A stretch of 63,735 nt of DNA from Octopus sinensis (GCF_006345805.1 NW_021833651.1:1-63735), one strand, 5' to 3'; positions 26,775 through 44,128 are shown, numbered from the stretch's first letter. A program made the numbers and translations. The notes: generated by a model not told the origin, from the letters alone.

Positions 26775-27069
26775 TACTAAGCAATAAGGTTTAGCAACGA
26801 GTTGCCTTACCAAATACCGAATTTAGAAATAGCAGTCAAGGGTTATAGCTATTTCTTCTACTAAAAAGGGAGATCTTTTTTAGTAGAAGAAATAGCTATA
26901 ACCCTTTGACTGCTTTTCTAAATTCGGTATGTGGTAAGGCAACTCGTTGCTAAACCCTTATTGCTTAGTATTACTTAAATTTTCTCGAATGAGGCTTTTA
27001 CATGCCGAAGACTATTGGGTAATTGATAATTTTTCCAAATTAATTAATTCACCCTTCATTATTACGGAT
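26775..27069. mobile_element. Foldback copy of the 20898 family (palindrome 26775-26970 plus extension)
   Basis: Shares ccgaatttagaaatagcagtcaa and gaggcttttacatgccgaa with 20898-21784. Set in (TA)n. Confidence 0.85.
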
Positions 27070-27497
27070 ATATATATATTATATATATAATAGAAATATT
27101 AAAATTACTAAGTCTCTCTATAGTAGATTACAGCAGCGTTACTGGATATTAGTATGGCGATAATTATTATAATATATTATATTATATTATATATATATAT
27201 ATATATACTATAATATATATATATATACATACAGTGTATAATAAATCACAAAGAAACAGGAAACTATGCTTATGGCTGTTTCTGCTTCTAGATATAGTGC
27301 AGTGAGTTCTGTGTGCTTGTGCACACTTAATGGCTTCTTCGGAGCTTCAAAATTCTATAACCCATAGGATGATGCACAAGCATACAGTTCTGGGTGCACT
27401 GCATTTAAACGGAAACAGCTGTAGGGTAATGATGTTCACTGCATAATCTCCTGTTCCTTTGTCATTTAATTATATGCACACACATACATACATATAT

Positions 27498-27555
<58 letters not shown>

Positions 27556-28368
27556 CAGAGAGAGATTAATGAAACAGTATGAGTTCAAAATAGTATTCTG
27601 TACATCTTAACGTAGATGTGGTGTAAAAAGGTAAAAAGCTGCGATATTCGTCGCGAGAAAGCATCTCGTATAGATGATGTACAGTGCTAAAAAGCATCGC
27701 CGTTGCTAGACACTTTTCGTCTGCAACCTTTTAGCGCTATACGTCTATAAAAGATGCTTTATATTTTAATTATATAAAAATATCTTTAAAACTAAAAAAA
27801 GAATGACACGAGTCAATTGGAAGGACGTTTTCGTATTGTGTGTAAGCGCTTTCATTGTCTGCTATTTTACACGTAAACCGTGTAGCGGAAGTTGTTTTTT
27901 AGTAGCTGTGCTGACTATTACCGGTTTAGTTTCAAATTTAGAATTCTTATGAAGTATAATCTTCTGTCATTCCTAGTTATCATTTGCTTCCTTTACTTTC
28001 AAAAAAGGAAATGTTTTGAATTTTTCATTTTCACAAATACCTAGATGTTCACAACAGGGAACATTTCTAAGACATGGATCTGATTTGTTGTTTATGTACT
28101 CTAACCCATTGGATTCTTCTTTAGCCGATATAATTTTCATTGCAATCTAAGCATGTGATACACTAAATGAGGATTTTTGTTTGCTATTCATATTTGCCGT
28201 TTCTTATCCGCATCATTTCGTTTTCCCCATAAAATGCTTCCAAATAATAATAAAAGAGTGACCGAAAGAAATGAATTCTAAAAGTTATTCTATTCTCTGA
28301 CAAAATGTTCTATTCTGTTTGCCTATTCAACGAAACAAATTTCATTTGCCATCTTGCTTAATACATCC

Positions 28369-28410
<42 letters not shown>

Positions 28411-29515
28411 ATACTTACACATTTATCACTTCTATCATTTTTACTTTATGCATCATTCAGAGATTGCCCTTATCTCTTTATATAGTTAAACGTTAATAAT
28501 GCTAATTTCGACCTACAACAGTGAATTTTGCATCAACTCATAAGTAATAAATTCCTATTAACTTCGATCTTCATAAATATTTCTAGTTACCTCCCCTTGT
28601 CAACTTATCGAATTGGAAGAAGAAGAAGAAGAAGAAGAAGAAGAAGAAGAAGAAGAAGAAGAAGAAGAAGAAGAAGGAAGAAGAGGACGAGGAGGATAAC
28701 GACTACGACTACAGAAGGAGATCGAGGAGGAGGAGGAGGTCTACTTTCTTGGCCTGATGATCAGAATGAAGTGAGGTTAATAATGGCGTGTTCTTCGCGT
28801 TCTTTGCAGTAGGTTACAAAGAGTCAAGCGAATACAATTTTATAACTGACCGAATCGTGAATACCGAGATTACAATTATTCAACGTTTAAGTTCTGATAG
28901 ATTTTCAGAATTTATTTTTCGTCTAATGAAATTGTATGTTGATTTTTAGTCTTTATTTTAACTATTCATTAATCATGTTCTTCTCAACGCTTTTGTGGTA
29001 TACGAAATTTGCCGCGTTGGTGATTTTCTTGTCTCTCACAACGGTATTCCTTTTATCCTTTCTCTACTCCTTTCCTTTCTATACAAGAGCGTAGGCTCGA
29101 AACATCAATAACACTTCCGTTTTTTCTGAGCGTCAAACATCTAGTTTGTTGTCCCCTCGCCTGTCTCTCGCTTTTGGACTTTTTTTCCTTCTCAGTTTGG
29201 GATTCTTATCTTTTTTCTTAACATTCTTCTCAGACCATCTTCATATCTTCTGAGCTACTTTACCACAACTCCATCCGGATTACCATTCGAACTCTATACT
29301 CTTCGGATTTTACTATAATGGGTCTTAATGCACACTGTTGTTGATGTCCCATGGCTGTTTGCTGGCAACTTTTTCCTTCATGTAAGAGTAAAATACCCAA
29401 TCTTTATCCTGTTTCCATGGCTTCACTGCGTTCGAAATATTACTGTCTGGTCTGTATGACACATACATACATACATACATACATACATACATACATACAT
29501 ACATACATACATACA

Positions 29516-29549
<34 letters not shown>

Positions 29550-29559
29550 CATACATACA

Positions 29560-31010
29560 TATATACATGCATAACATAACATAAATAATATATAAACATA
29601 TGCATATATACATATATGTACATACCTACATCTATATGTATATATACATGCATATATGGGTACAGGACACAAAAAAGAAACGCTGAACACAATGAGAAAC
29701 GTAAACATAAAAACAAAAGCACGGAAACGAACCCTCCTTCAAACAACGAAAACACAGAGTACAAGACATACAACGCAAGGAATATTCCCCTTCTTCAGCT
29801 GCCCCTGTTTCTTCTACTCCGCGTTACGAAGGTAAGGGCAATACATACATACATACATACATACATACATACATCAAAAAAATCTCAAATTTTATTTAAT
29901 TTGATCTTCGCGGGAGGAAAGTTTCATTAAAGTCATGTATCGCCTTGACCTTCGAAACGTGGAGTAGATGAAACAAAGGCGACTGAAGAAGGGGAATTTT
30001 CCTTGTTTTGTACGTCCTTGTTTAAGAAAAATGTCCATTTCCTTGGTTTTGTGTTTATGTTTTCGTTTCTCATTGTGTTCGACGTTTTTTTTGTGTCCTG
30101 TACCCATATATGCATGTATATATACATGTAGAGGTAGGTACGTACATATATGTATGTATATATGCATGTGTTTTATTTATTTATTAATTTATTATATGAC
30201 GGAATGCACGCATCCATTTCTAAGTAAGATTGTTCTTAATATTAATAATGATGCGCACTCTTAACCTTTCTCCCCCTCCCTTTCTCAGCCTTCATTCTTT
30301 TGGCTTTCCTTTTCTTCTACCTTACTGTCTCTCCCCCTCTCTCTCTCTCTCTCTCATTCTTCATTCTTTTCTCTACAACCATTCCCTTTTTTTCTCTCCC
30401 TTTCTCTTACACCTCCTCCTCTCTCCCGTCGCGGACACGTGATGAGAAGGCTACTACTGTCTTTCTTCTGGCTACCTTCAAGTAGAGACGGAAGATCTGT
30501 TGCTCCCTCGCCGTTCTCAAAAAATAGCGTTCGTAAAAAATTTTATCTCGTTCGGCTTAACAGCCCTTCTTGTTTGTGTTACTGTTATTCTCCTTGTCCT
30601 GTCTTCTACTGTTTATATTTTGTACTGTTGTTACTGTCCTGTTTTTTGTTACCATTTTTACCTCCGCAAAAAAATCTCAAATTTTATTTAATTTGATCTT
30701 CGCGGGAAGGAAAGTTTCATTAAAGTCATGTATCGCCTTGACCTTCGAAACGTAGATGAAACAAAGGCGACTGAAGAAGGGAAATTTTCCTTGTTTTGTA
30801 TGTCCTGTACTCTACTTTTTCGTTGTTTAAGAAAAATGTCCATTTCCTTGGTTTTGTGTTTATGTTTTCGTTTCTCATTGTGTTCGACGTTTTTTTGGTG
30901 TCCTGTACCCATATATGCATGTATATATACATGTAGAGGTAGGTACGTACATATATGTATGTATATATGCATACGTTTTATTTATTTATTAATTTATTAT
31001 ATGACGAAAC
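29560..31010. mobile_element. Penelope-type repeat cluster: one inverted and two direct ~330-bp copies
   Basis: 29875-30190 closely matches 30665-31010, and 29560-29835 is a diverged inverse. The same family occurs at 1-100. Confidence 0.7.
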
Positions 31011-31371
31011 GCACGCATGTATATTATGATGTTGATGTATTCTGTGGGATTTTTCCCATCTAATATGTACTTGATGTTCATATGTAGTTGGTTAATAAAT
31101 TATGTGAATGGGTATTATCTGGTAGTTGATTATTGATTAAGGTGTATTTCTCCATTTTCTTATTTTGTATTATGAATTTGTAGTAAAACATTTTACCTTC
31201 GCCCATATAATACAATAAATGAATTAATTGCATCGCAATTCTTAACATTTATGTATTAACATTGTTGGGTGCTTTACTGGCAGTATATTGGATATATGTT
31301 ATCCCATGGTGGGTTGCACTCACAACCCCTATCTCAATTTATATATATATATATAATATATATATATAATA

Positions 31372-31451
<80 letters not shown>

Positions 31452-31494
31452 TTACATATAAGACAAAAGGGTACGTGCGCCGCTATATATATTA

Positions 31495-31720
31495 TGTAAA
31501 AAAATACAAACTGGAACAAGAACGCAAAACATTTAGAAGACGATACAAAAAACACGGACGGGGCATTCGAAGCCTCAGATCATCCTCGCAATAATCAGCC
31601 GCAATTGCAAGGATGATCCGGTTCTTGACTGAAGATTGAAGGCTTCGAATGTCCCGTCCGTGTCTTTTGTATCGTCTTCTAAATGTTTTGCGTTCTTGTC
31701 CCAGTTTGTATTTTTTTACA
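31495..31720. repeat. Foldback element; single-arm copy at 62080-62205
   Basis: aaaatacaaactggaacaagaacgc...gcgttcttgtcccagtttgtatttt. Confidence 0.85.
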
Positions 31721-31740
31721 CACACACACATATATATATA

Positions 31741-32092
31741 TTAGAAGGTTTGGAGATGATGCACAGGTATTATATATTAGAAGAAATGAGGTACTCAGAA
31801 ATCCGGATGGTTTTATACTTACAGATATTTATTAGTATCTTACATGTTTTTATACAACATATATCATAAATCGTATATTAGTGCTTTCATTCATTCTAGT
31901 GGAGTTTTCAAACAGATCAATTTGAAGACTCCACTAGAATGAACGAAAGCGCTATTATACGATATATGATATATGTTGTATAAAAACATGTAAGATACTA
32001 ATAAATATCTGTAAATATAAAACCATCCGGATTTCTGAGTACCTCATTTCTTCTAATATATAATACCTGTACATCATCTCCAAACCTTCTAA
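31741..32092. repeat. ~350-bp near-perfect palindrome in (TA)n
   Basis: ttagaaggtttggagatgatg...catcatctccaaaccttctaa, centre ~31917. Confidence 0.92.
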
Positions 32093-32452
32093 TATATATA
32101 TATATCTGTTGTGTCTGGGGAGTTATTTTACTTTTTACGCCTTCTAATGCTTCAACACACGAACTCATATAAAGAATCTTGCAAACCAAATCCAAAAACG
32201 AAATATATATATATACATCTTATATGTTATTATTATTGTTTTTTTTTTTTTGCAATTTACTTAATTTTTGACATTTTATTGTTATTTTAATGTTGATATT
32301 TCTATTATATGTAATTTTCTAGATGGTGTATTTTAATTGTTCATTTTGAATTGATAAAAGGTGGAGGGGTTTTCTAATTTTATATATATATATATATATA
32401 TAATATATATAATATATATGAAAACACACAAATATATGCACACATACATAGG

Positions 32453-32486
<34 letters not shown>

Positions 32487-33019
32487 CATACATACATACA
32501 TACATACATACATACATACATACATACATACATACATACGTACGTACATACATACATACATACATACGTACGTATGTATGTATATCCATCTCTCTCTCTC
32601 TCTCCCATCTGGCTCATCCTTCTCTATCACACAGTTCTAATCACCTGACTGTCCCAATTGAAAGCCCTGATTAACATACATGCGGCACGCGGCACATGGC
32701 ACACGACACACGTCAGTCGTCACACGACATACTGCACAGTAACACAAATCACCCAGACAGATGCGTGGGGGGACAAAAGAGGATGTGTGTGTGTGGAGAG
32801 GGGGGCGGCAGAAGTGGGAAAGAGAAGGTGAAGATGGGGGAGGAGGAGGCTGGTGAGGGGAGGACTGAGGTGAGTAGGAGAGGAGAGGAGAGGAGAGAGG
32901 GAGAGTAAGGAGAGAAAAAGAAGGGGGGGACACTGTTAACCTCCACTTCCACCTCCCATTTTCTCTCCTCTCCTTCTCCTCCCCCCTCCGCTTCTGTTCA
33001 CTGGACCACAACCCGTTTT

Positions 33020-36410
<3,391 letters not shown>

Positions 36411-36882
36411 GTTTCATTTACAGCAGTAGGGACTTGTTTCAAATTTTGGAACTAGGCCAGCAATTTTTTTGAGGGGAGATGTTAAAGGTCTATTGTTACA
36501 TCGACGACATTGCTTCATTGATACTTTATTTTATCGAACCAACCCGGAGAGATGAAAGGCAAAGTTTGACTTTGGCGTGATTTGAACTCGGGACTTGATG
36601 AGTCAGGAAGAAATATCGAAAAGCATTTTATCCAACGCTCAAACGATTTTACCTTTCTATTATGGAGACAAGGCCTGAAGTTTGGTGGAGGGGGCTAGTC
36701 GACTTCGTTGACCCCCCATTACACAACTGGTACTTATTTTCATTGAGTCCGAAAGTATGAAAGGCAAAGTCGACCTCGGCGGAATTTGAACTCATCCACA
36801 AAAGTGATAACACACGCAGCAGTAACCATTCCTAAGGTATTTTTCGATGTTATTATTATTCAGGACACTGCCTGGAATCGAA

Positions 36883-36955
<73 letters not shown>

Positions 36956-36960
36956 TAATA

Positions 36961-37550
36961 ATGTTTTGTCTTGGTATAAAAGAAGGGCTAAAGCAAATAT
37001 TCTGCTCAATACCACAGATGCCCTGATGCAGTACCAGGCAGTGGCTCTCATGGCTTCTGATCTTAACTGATTGGAAGTGTTATCATGTACATTGTTTTGT
37101 CTTGGTATAAAAGATGGGCTCACAGATTTGCTTGTCAGTTGTTTGACCTTAACCAGTTGAGCATGTCCCTTAGTGGCTGACGATATGTGCATCTCTGATC
37201 ACGAGCAGAAGTAGTGGGGGAGCATCATAGCCATGTGTTGAGAGGGATTCTTTGGGGTTTGAATAATTCACCTCTGGAAACATGGGTGGTTCTTTCAACA
37301 TCCTTAAACAACCCTTATTCAGGGACCTTTTGAGCGGGATGGGCTACTCAACCTGAAGAAAATTCTAACTGGGCCCCACCTGCAAGGTCATGTGCTGTTT
37401 ATCTTGATATGAGATCACTATGTCGCGCACATATGGTTGTGATGCATGTGCCTGGTGTACCTTTATCAGACGGGTAGTCATGATGGGTATACTGGGCTTC
37501 GTATATTTTTACCCAGTGTCACTTTGATGGCATGCACTGCTCTCTCACTC
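36961..37550 (-). mobile_element. Second copy of the ~550-bp (AAT)n-associated repeat, internally rearranged
   Basis: Reverse complement of 19398-19946, with (AAT)n on both sides. Confidence 0.8.
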
Positions 37551-37602
<52 letters not shown>

Positions 37603-37801
37603 TGTTTGTGTGTGTGTATGAATAATCTATGTGTGTGTATTTACGCCCCCGTAACTTAGCGGTTCGGCATAAGAAACTGACAGGATAAGTACTAGGCTTA
37701 AAAAATGTCCTGGGGTTGATTTCTTTGATTAAAAAATCCTTTAAGGCGTCGTTCCAGCATGGTCGCAGACAAATGACTGAAACAGAGTAAAAGAATATAT
37801 A

Positions 37802-38183
37802 TCTCTCTATATATAAACGGCAGTTTGTCTGTGCGTGTTTCTGTGTGTCTGTTTGCTTGTACCCTCACCCTGACCACGGCTTTCAACCGATTCTGATGAA
37901 ACTTGACACACACATAGCCCAATGTCATAATTCAAAACTAACGCAGCGAAAATTTTGAAAAGTTCCCCCAGTTCTGAAAAAAATCGATAAATTCGACATG
38001 GAGTCGAGAATCAGAAACACGAACCACAAACTGTCTAGGGGACGCAACTCCACCTTTTTAACTCTCAAAAAAATTTACCATAATTTTTTTTCCATTTTTT
38101 TCTACTTTTTGGCTATAACTCTCTAAAAATGCTTTATAGTTATTTCCCTTACAAACCCGAGCAACGCCGGGCGATACTGCTAG
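37802..38183 (+). mobile_element. Non-autonomous Helitron-like element
   Basis: A|TC start, 3' hairpin cccgagcaacgccggg then CTAG|T, i.e. insertion between A and T. Confidence 0.8.
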
Positions 38184-38419
38184 TATATATATATATGTCT
38201 GTCCACCACCGCTTGACAACCGGTGTCGGTGTGTTTACGTCCCCATAGCTTAGCTGCTCGGGAAAAGAAACTGATAGGATAAATACTAGACTTTAAAAAA
38301 AGTCGTGGGGTCGACTTGTTCGATTAATAACCTTTCAAAGCGATGCTCCAGCATGGCCGCAGTTAAATGACTGAAAAATAAAAATAAAAGGAACCCCAGG
38401 TAATTGACAAATGATGGAT

Positions 38420-38800
38420 GGAAGCACTCCGTCGGTTACGACGACGAGGGTTCCGGTTGATCCGAATCAACGGAACAGCCTGCTCGTGAAATTAACGTGT
38501 AAGTGGCTGAGCACTCCACAGACACGTGTACCCTTAACGTAGTTCTCGGGGATATTCAGCGTGACACAGAGAGTGACAAGGCCGGCCCTTTGAAATACAG
38601 GTACAACAGAAACAGGAAGAAAGAGCGAGAGAAAGTTGTGGTGAAAGAGTACAGCAGGGATCACCACCATCCCCTGCCGGAGCCTCGTGGAGCTTTAGGT
38701 GTTTTCGCTCAATAAACACTCACAACGCCCGGTCTGGGAATCGAAACCGCGATCCTACGACCGCAAGTCCGCTGCCCTAACCACTGGGCCATTGCGCCTC
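38420..38800 (-). mobile_element. tRNA-derived SINE; related copy at 44710-45030
   Basis: Shared gagcactccgtcggttacgacga...gcgtgacacagag block and a minus-strand tRNA head. Confidence 0.8.
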
Positions 38801-38955
38801 CAGAAACTTCTAGTAGCACATACCGATACGCCAACAACCAGGATATTCACTTGTTAAACACTTAACTCTTTGCTTGTCCTGTGTATGACATGTGATACTG
38901 AGAATGTATTCCCCTGGCGTCCACGCATATATCATACATACTCCAATTCTTTTTT

Positions 38956-39434
38956 GGAAAGACTTCCGCCCGTCCCCGCGCCCATTTTCGCTCAAATTTA
39001 TTTAGTATTGTAATTTTTTTTTTTTGCCAAAAAATACCCGTTTTCGGAAAATTGCCAAAAATCGGCATTGTGAAATCCCCCCACCTTCCCCCAACTTCTT
39101 CAAATTTGACTTTTTTCCCCCAACACTAACCCTAAAACCCTAACCCTAAAATCTTAACCCTAAAACCATAACAGTAAGTACAGAAATGTTTTGAAATTTT
39201 TGTCTGAATCATGATGTCCGTATTTTTCTGCATATTTAGAAAAAAAAATTCTTTAAAAAAAATTTTATAAAGATTTTTGTAAGTTTTTTCAGAATCATAA
39301 TCTTCGTATTTCCCCCCATATTTTGAAAAAAAAAATTGTGAAAAAAGGGTGCGGGATGGGGTGGGGTTGTGTCGAAACGGAACATTTTTTAATAGGGTGG
39401 GTTTTTGGGGGTGGGGACGGGCGGAAGTCTTGCC
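38956..39434. mobile_element. MITE with ~22-bp TIRs and internal CCCTAA repeats
   Basis: ggaaagacttccgcccgtcccc...ggggacgggcggaagtcttgcc, with T-runs on both sides. Confidence 0.8.
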
Positions 39435-39705
39435 TTTTTTTTTTCTCAACAACCATAGTAACTTGTGGCTTAGGAAAGGAAAGCTTCGAATTACGCTGAA
39501 TGTACGAAACGAAGGTTGATTAAAAGTTTTAGAACACGCATGCACGTTAGTGCGAAATTTGAAGTTTGAAAACAAGCATGGGCGTTTAGGAGAAACTTAT
39601 TTAAATGCTTTGGACAGGGGGAAGCTTTAGACAGAATCCCAAAATACAAGATCTCCCCTTTTCACCGAGATAGTGATATCAACAAGTTCTGATCAATTTC
39701 CCCAA

Positions 39706-39751
39706 GACACCTGATGAAGGCAGGAGGGTATATCAGCCGAAACGTTGTGTT
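39706..39751 (+). ncRNA. Minimal type I hammerhead ribozyme
   Basis: gacac-CTGATGA-a-ggcag-gagggtatat-cagcc-GAAA-cgtt|gtgtt. One mismatch in stem II, GUU triplet. Confidence 0.7.
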
Positions 39752-40231
39752 AACAACAAACAATATGAGGACAAAAATCTGTCGAATGTAAATAATGAGC
39801 AACTCTGAGTTCTGGAAATCGGAGACTTTCAGTTATTACATATTTCTTTTACACACACACACACACGTGGAGGCACGTGGCTTAGTGGTTAGAGTGTCAG
39901 CATCATGATCATATGCAAATTTAAAAACCTTAACACTTTACTGATAAATACCATTTCTACCGCCATTTTACACTCATCTTGTATTGTGATATTTTTTTAC
40001 CTATAGCTACACATACGCACGCACACACATTCATAGATATACATGAATAAATGTGTGCGTATGTATGTGTGACTTCGTGTGGCCGCGGCGAGTGTATGTG
40101 TGTATGACCAGTGTCTACGCAGCAGACGTCCACCATTATTTCGCACGTTTTCACCAACCTGAAGCTATGAAAGAAGTCACTTGCCCCAAGTACTTCACAA
40201 CGGAATCGAACTATCAAATATTGCTTGGGGA

Positions 40232-41030
40232 TGTTAGTTAGTTAGTTAGTTAATTTTTGGCTCAAAAAGCAAAAAGCAAGGCCATGTAGGGGGACATGGA
40301 GTTATGTTCAGTGTGGTGTTCATGTAAAGACTTCAGGCCACTTGAGGTCAAGGGAGACTTTGAACAAAGCGGTCGTCGGCATCTTCACCATCTCGTATGG
40401 CAGCTTGTTCCACGGATCCGCAACCCGGACGGAGAAAGCACCTCTCCTTCGATTGAGATGAAATCGTCGCAGATAGAGCTTTTCGGAATGACCCCGCAGC
40501 CGACGCTCTGGAGCAGGAGAGAAGAACAGCTCTTTCGAGAGGTTACACTTTCCGCTTATGATGTTGTGAGCGAGAATGAGATCACCACGGCGGCGGCGTT
40601 TTCCTAGAGAATAAAGGTCGAGCGTCTTCAGCCTTTCTTCATAAGACAAATTCTTGAGACCATGAACCATGCGGGTAGCCAGCTTCTGGACTCTTTCGAG
40701 ATGCTGTATGTCTTTGAGGAGATAAGGAGAAGAGGCTTGTTTAAGATGTATGTTTAAGTATTGTTGGATATTCTTGCGATATCAGATCGAATTCTCTCTA
40801 TCCTCTGGTAAGACAACACAACAATGTTTCACTCTTACCATAAGCTGCAAGGCGAAAATTTGATGACAAGATGGAGGGTGGGATTAGTAACGGGATTAAA
40901 TCCAAAACTTGATGGGCATTTCGTTTTATCGATCCTCTGCAAACTGAAAGGTGAAATTCACCACGACTAAGACCCTCGACTGGTAAGGCCAAGAACGCGA
41001 ACAAGGACTGGTACTATAAAGCATTTTGAC
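40232..41030 (-). mobile_element. 5'-truncated CR1/L2-group LINE 3' end with (AACT)n tail
   Basis: LSYEERLKTLDLYSLGKRRRRGDLI...RGHSEKL...AFSVRVADPWNKLP is a typical CR1-type ORF2 C-terminus. Confidence 0.85.
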
Positions 41031-41264
41031 TGGTAGTGCAAAGCATTTTGACTGGTACTCTGATGAGTCCCTCAAGCCGTTACACTAATAACTCCGATAA
41101 TGACAAAATTATGGCAATAATAATCGCTACAAGGAACGGTAGTACTATTAGCGGAGTCTGTCCATGACGAGCGGAGAGCGACGAAATCGTTCTCCACGCG
41201 ATCGTTCGCTAAAAAACAATTATTTATATATATATATTATATATATATATATGTATATATACAC

Positions 41265-41329
<65 letters not shown>

Positions 41330-41448
41330 GAATGTATATATATATATATATGTATATATTACACCAAGTATTAGGGGCTGTGGATCACCAACTAAATTGT
41401 TTTTCTATGTTCATATTTGTATTATATGTATATATATATATATGTATA

Positions 41449-41494
<46 letters not shown>

Positions 41495-41704
41495 ATATTG
41501 TATGTATATATATGTGTGTGTGTGTATATATGTATTTATATGTATATATATATATATATGTGTGTGTGTGTATATATATCTATTTATATGTATATATATA
41601 TATGTGCGTATGTATATATATGCATGCATTTATATGTGTATATATATATGTATATATGTGTGTGTATGTATATGTATGTATTTACATATATGTATATATA
41701 TATA

Positions 41705-43115
41705 TGTTTGAAAGAGTGTTAAGATCAAGGATAGCTGACTTCCTGGAGACCCACAAACTCCTAAATGCAAATCAGCATGGCTTTCGCTGTGGCAGGGCCT
41801 GTCTAACACAGCTCTTACACCACATTGAAGATGTACTCAAAGCCTTGGGAACAGGTTCGAACTCTGACGTCATATATCTTGACTTCAGTAAAGCGTTCGA
41901 CAGGGTAGACCATAATATCCTACTCTCAAAATTGGCAAATGTTGGAATCTGTGGAAAAGTTCTACACTGGATTAAGTATTTCCTGGCGAATAGAACACAT
42001 GTTGTAGTTGATGGAGTCCACTCAAGCCCAGCAAAAGTCACCAGCGGTGTTCCCCAGGGGACTGTCTTGGGTCCGCTACTCTTCATAATTTACATAAACG
42101 ACCTTTCCAGTATCGTACATTACTGCAAAGTGAAAATATTTGCTGATGACACTAAGCTCCAGCAAATCGTCAATGAAGAAGCAGACCGAACTCAACTCCA
42201 GTCTGATCTATATGCTGTGAGTCAATGGGCAGACAGAAACAAAATGCAACTGAATGAGGGAAAATTTGGGCTGATGCATTTTGGAAGAAATTCCTCACTA
42301 AAACAGCCATACTCTCTTCCTTCAGGGGAACCGCTCACAGTCTCTAACAATATCAGAGACCTGGGTGTAATTGTTGATGACGATCTCAGTTGGAGTGCAC
42401 ACATCAACAAGAAGGTCGATATAACTCGTAGGATGAGTTCCTGGATCTTAAGAACTTTCCGGTCCAGAGAACAAGGTGTCATCATACCACTTTTCTCCTC
42501 CTTTGTACGGCCACACCTCGAATATTGCTGCCCACTGTGGTCTCCCCATACAAGACAAAACATCTCCAGGATTGAGTCACCCCAGAGGGCACTCACTAAA
42601 CGAATTGAAGGCATGGCTGCTCTCGATTATTGGGATCGCCTTAAAGCCTTGAAACTTTACTCTCTCCAGCGTCGCCATGAGCGGTACATCATTTGTACGA
42701 TGTGGAGAATATACCGCCAACTTTGCCCAAACGACCTTAACATTAGCTTCAAGGTTCATCCAAGACTGGGACCACGGGCCATACGTCCCCGGCCCAATTC
42801 AAGATCACAGCATACATGTACACTGCAACATAATTTCTTTTCCTCAACAGGCCCTGCCCTATTTAACATTGTCCCGAGGGAGATCAAAGAGGAAAAGGAT
42901 CCCATCAACTTTAAACAGAGTCTGGATAGATTCCTTCAAAGAATACCAGATAAGCCACCCATAATTGGATACAACTCACCCAACAAGAACTCACTACTTG
43001 AATGGACCATAAACAAAACTTGACTTAAACAGGATTCGAATAATCCTATCAGGTGGTTCTATTAAGTTAGACATGGCCTGGACCAATCTTTGGTCGAAAT
43101 ATATCTAAGTTTTAT
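41705..43115 (+). mobile_element. 5'-truncated CR1/L2-group LINE with uninterrupted RT frame (to 43023)
   Basis: NQHGFRCGR, YLDFSKAFDRVDH, SGVPQGTVLGPLLF, FADD and VRPHLEYC motifs. The 3' tail is atctaagtttt x2. Confidence 0.92.
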
Positions 43116-43252
43116 CTAAGTTTTATATATATATATGTTTATATATAGTTATGAATACATATATATATATATGTATATATATCTTTATGGATACAAATAT
43201 ATATGCTTATACATATGTATATATATATATTTATGAATACATATGTATATAT

Positions 43253-43495
43253 AAACACATTAAAACAGAAACTGACCCTATAGGGTTCAAGAAGTCTTTG
43301 GACAGATTCCTTCAAGAAATCCCGGATAAACCCCCTACACCCGGATATGTCTCTGTAAACAATAACTCTCTACTTGAGTGGGCCATAGTGCCCAAATTCT
43401 GACTTGAAAGACTTCACCAGGTGGTGCTATTAAGTTAGACATGGCCTGGGCCAATAATGGCCGAAACCTATCAAAGTATCAAGTATCAAAGTATA
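43253..43495 (+). mobile_element. 3' terminal fragment of a related CR1/L2-group subfamily
   Basis: IKTETDPIGFKKSLDRFLQEIPDKPPTPGYVSVNNNSLLEW, a homologous 3'UTR and a (tatcaaag)n tail. Confidence 0.85.
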
Positions 43496-43933
43496 TATAT
43501 ATATTTATGAATACATATGTATATATATATATATATACATATGTATACATATATATCTATTTATATATGCATTTATATATATGTATATATATATTATGTA
43601 TATGTATGTATATATGTATACATATATATGTATATGTATGTATATATGTATACATATATATGTATATGTATATATGTATACATATATATGTATATGTACG
43701 TATATATGTATACATATATATGTATATGTATGTATATATGTATATGTATGTATATATATATACATATATATGTATATGTATGTATAGGTATATCTATATG
43801 TATATGTATCTCAATATTTATGTATTTATATATGATTATGTATCTATATATCTATGTACGTATTTCTATATATATGTATGTGTATGTATAATTATATATA
43901 TATATGCATATATATATGTATATATGTATATAT

Positions 43934-43971
<38 letters not shown>

Positions 43972-44128
43972 CTATATGTATGTATATATATGTATATATA
44001 TATGTATGTATATATCTATATGTATGTATATATATATATGTATGTATATATCTATATGTATGTATACGTCTATATATATGCTCGTATATGTATATATACA
44101 CGTATGTATATATATAAATGCATATATG

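Noticed and set aside
29940-30010. gaaac and ctgaaga motifs in type II hammerhead order
   Set aside because: Stems I and II cannot be paired convincingly in any of the three copies.
31010-31330. Possible decayed Penelope RT on the minus strand
   Set aside because: Only a vague motif resemblance, with multiple stops.
32630-32760. Cluster of TAAT and E-box motifs as an enhancer
   Set aside because: Short motifs like these are expected by chance, and no conservation data are available.
41060-41195. ctgatgagtcc...gacgaaa hammerhead-like pair
   Set aside because: Stem II closure is plausible, but there is no stem I complement and the internal complementary blocks are not nested.
41332-43023. 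563-aa ORF as a novel fusion protein
   Set aside because: The first ~125 aa are translated (TA)-rich microsatellite that happens to be in frame with a 5'-truncated LINE RT.
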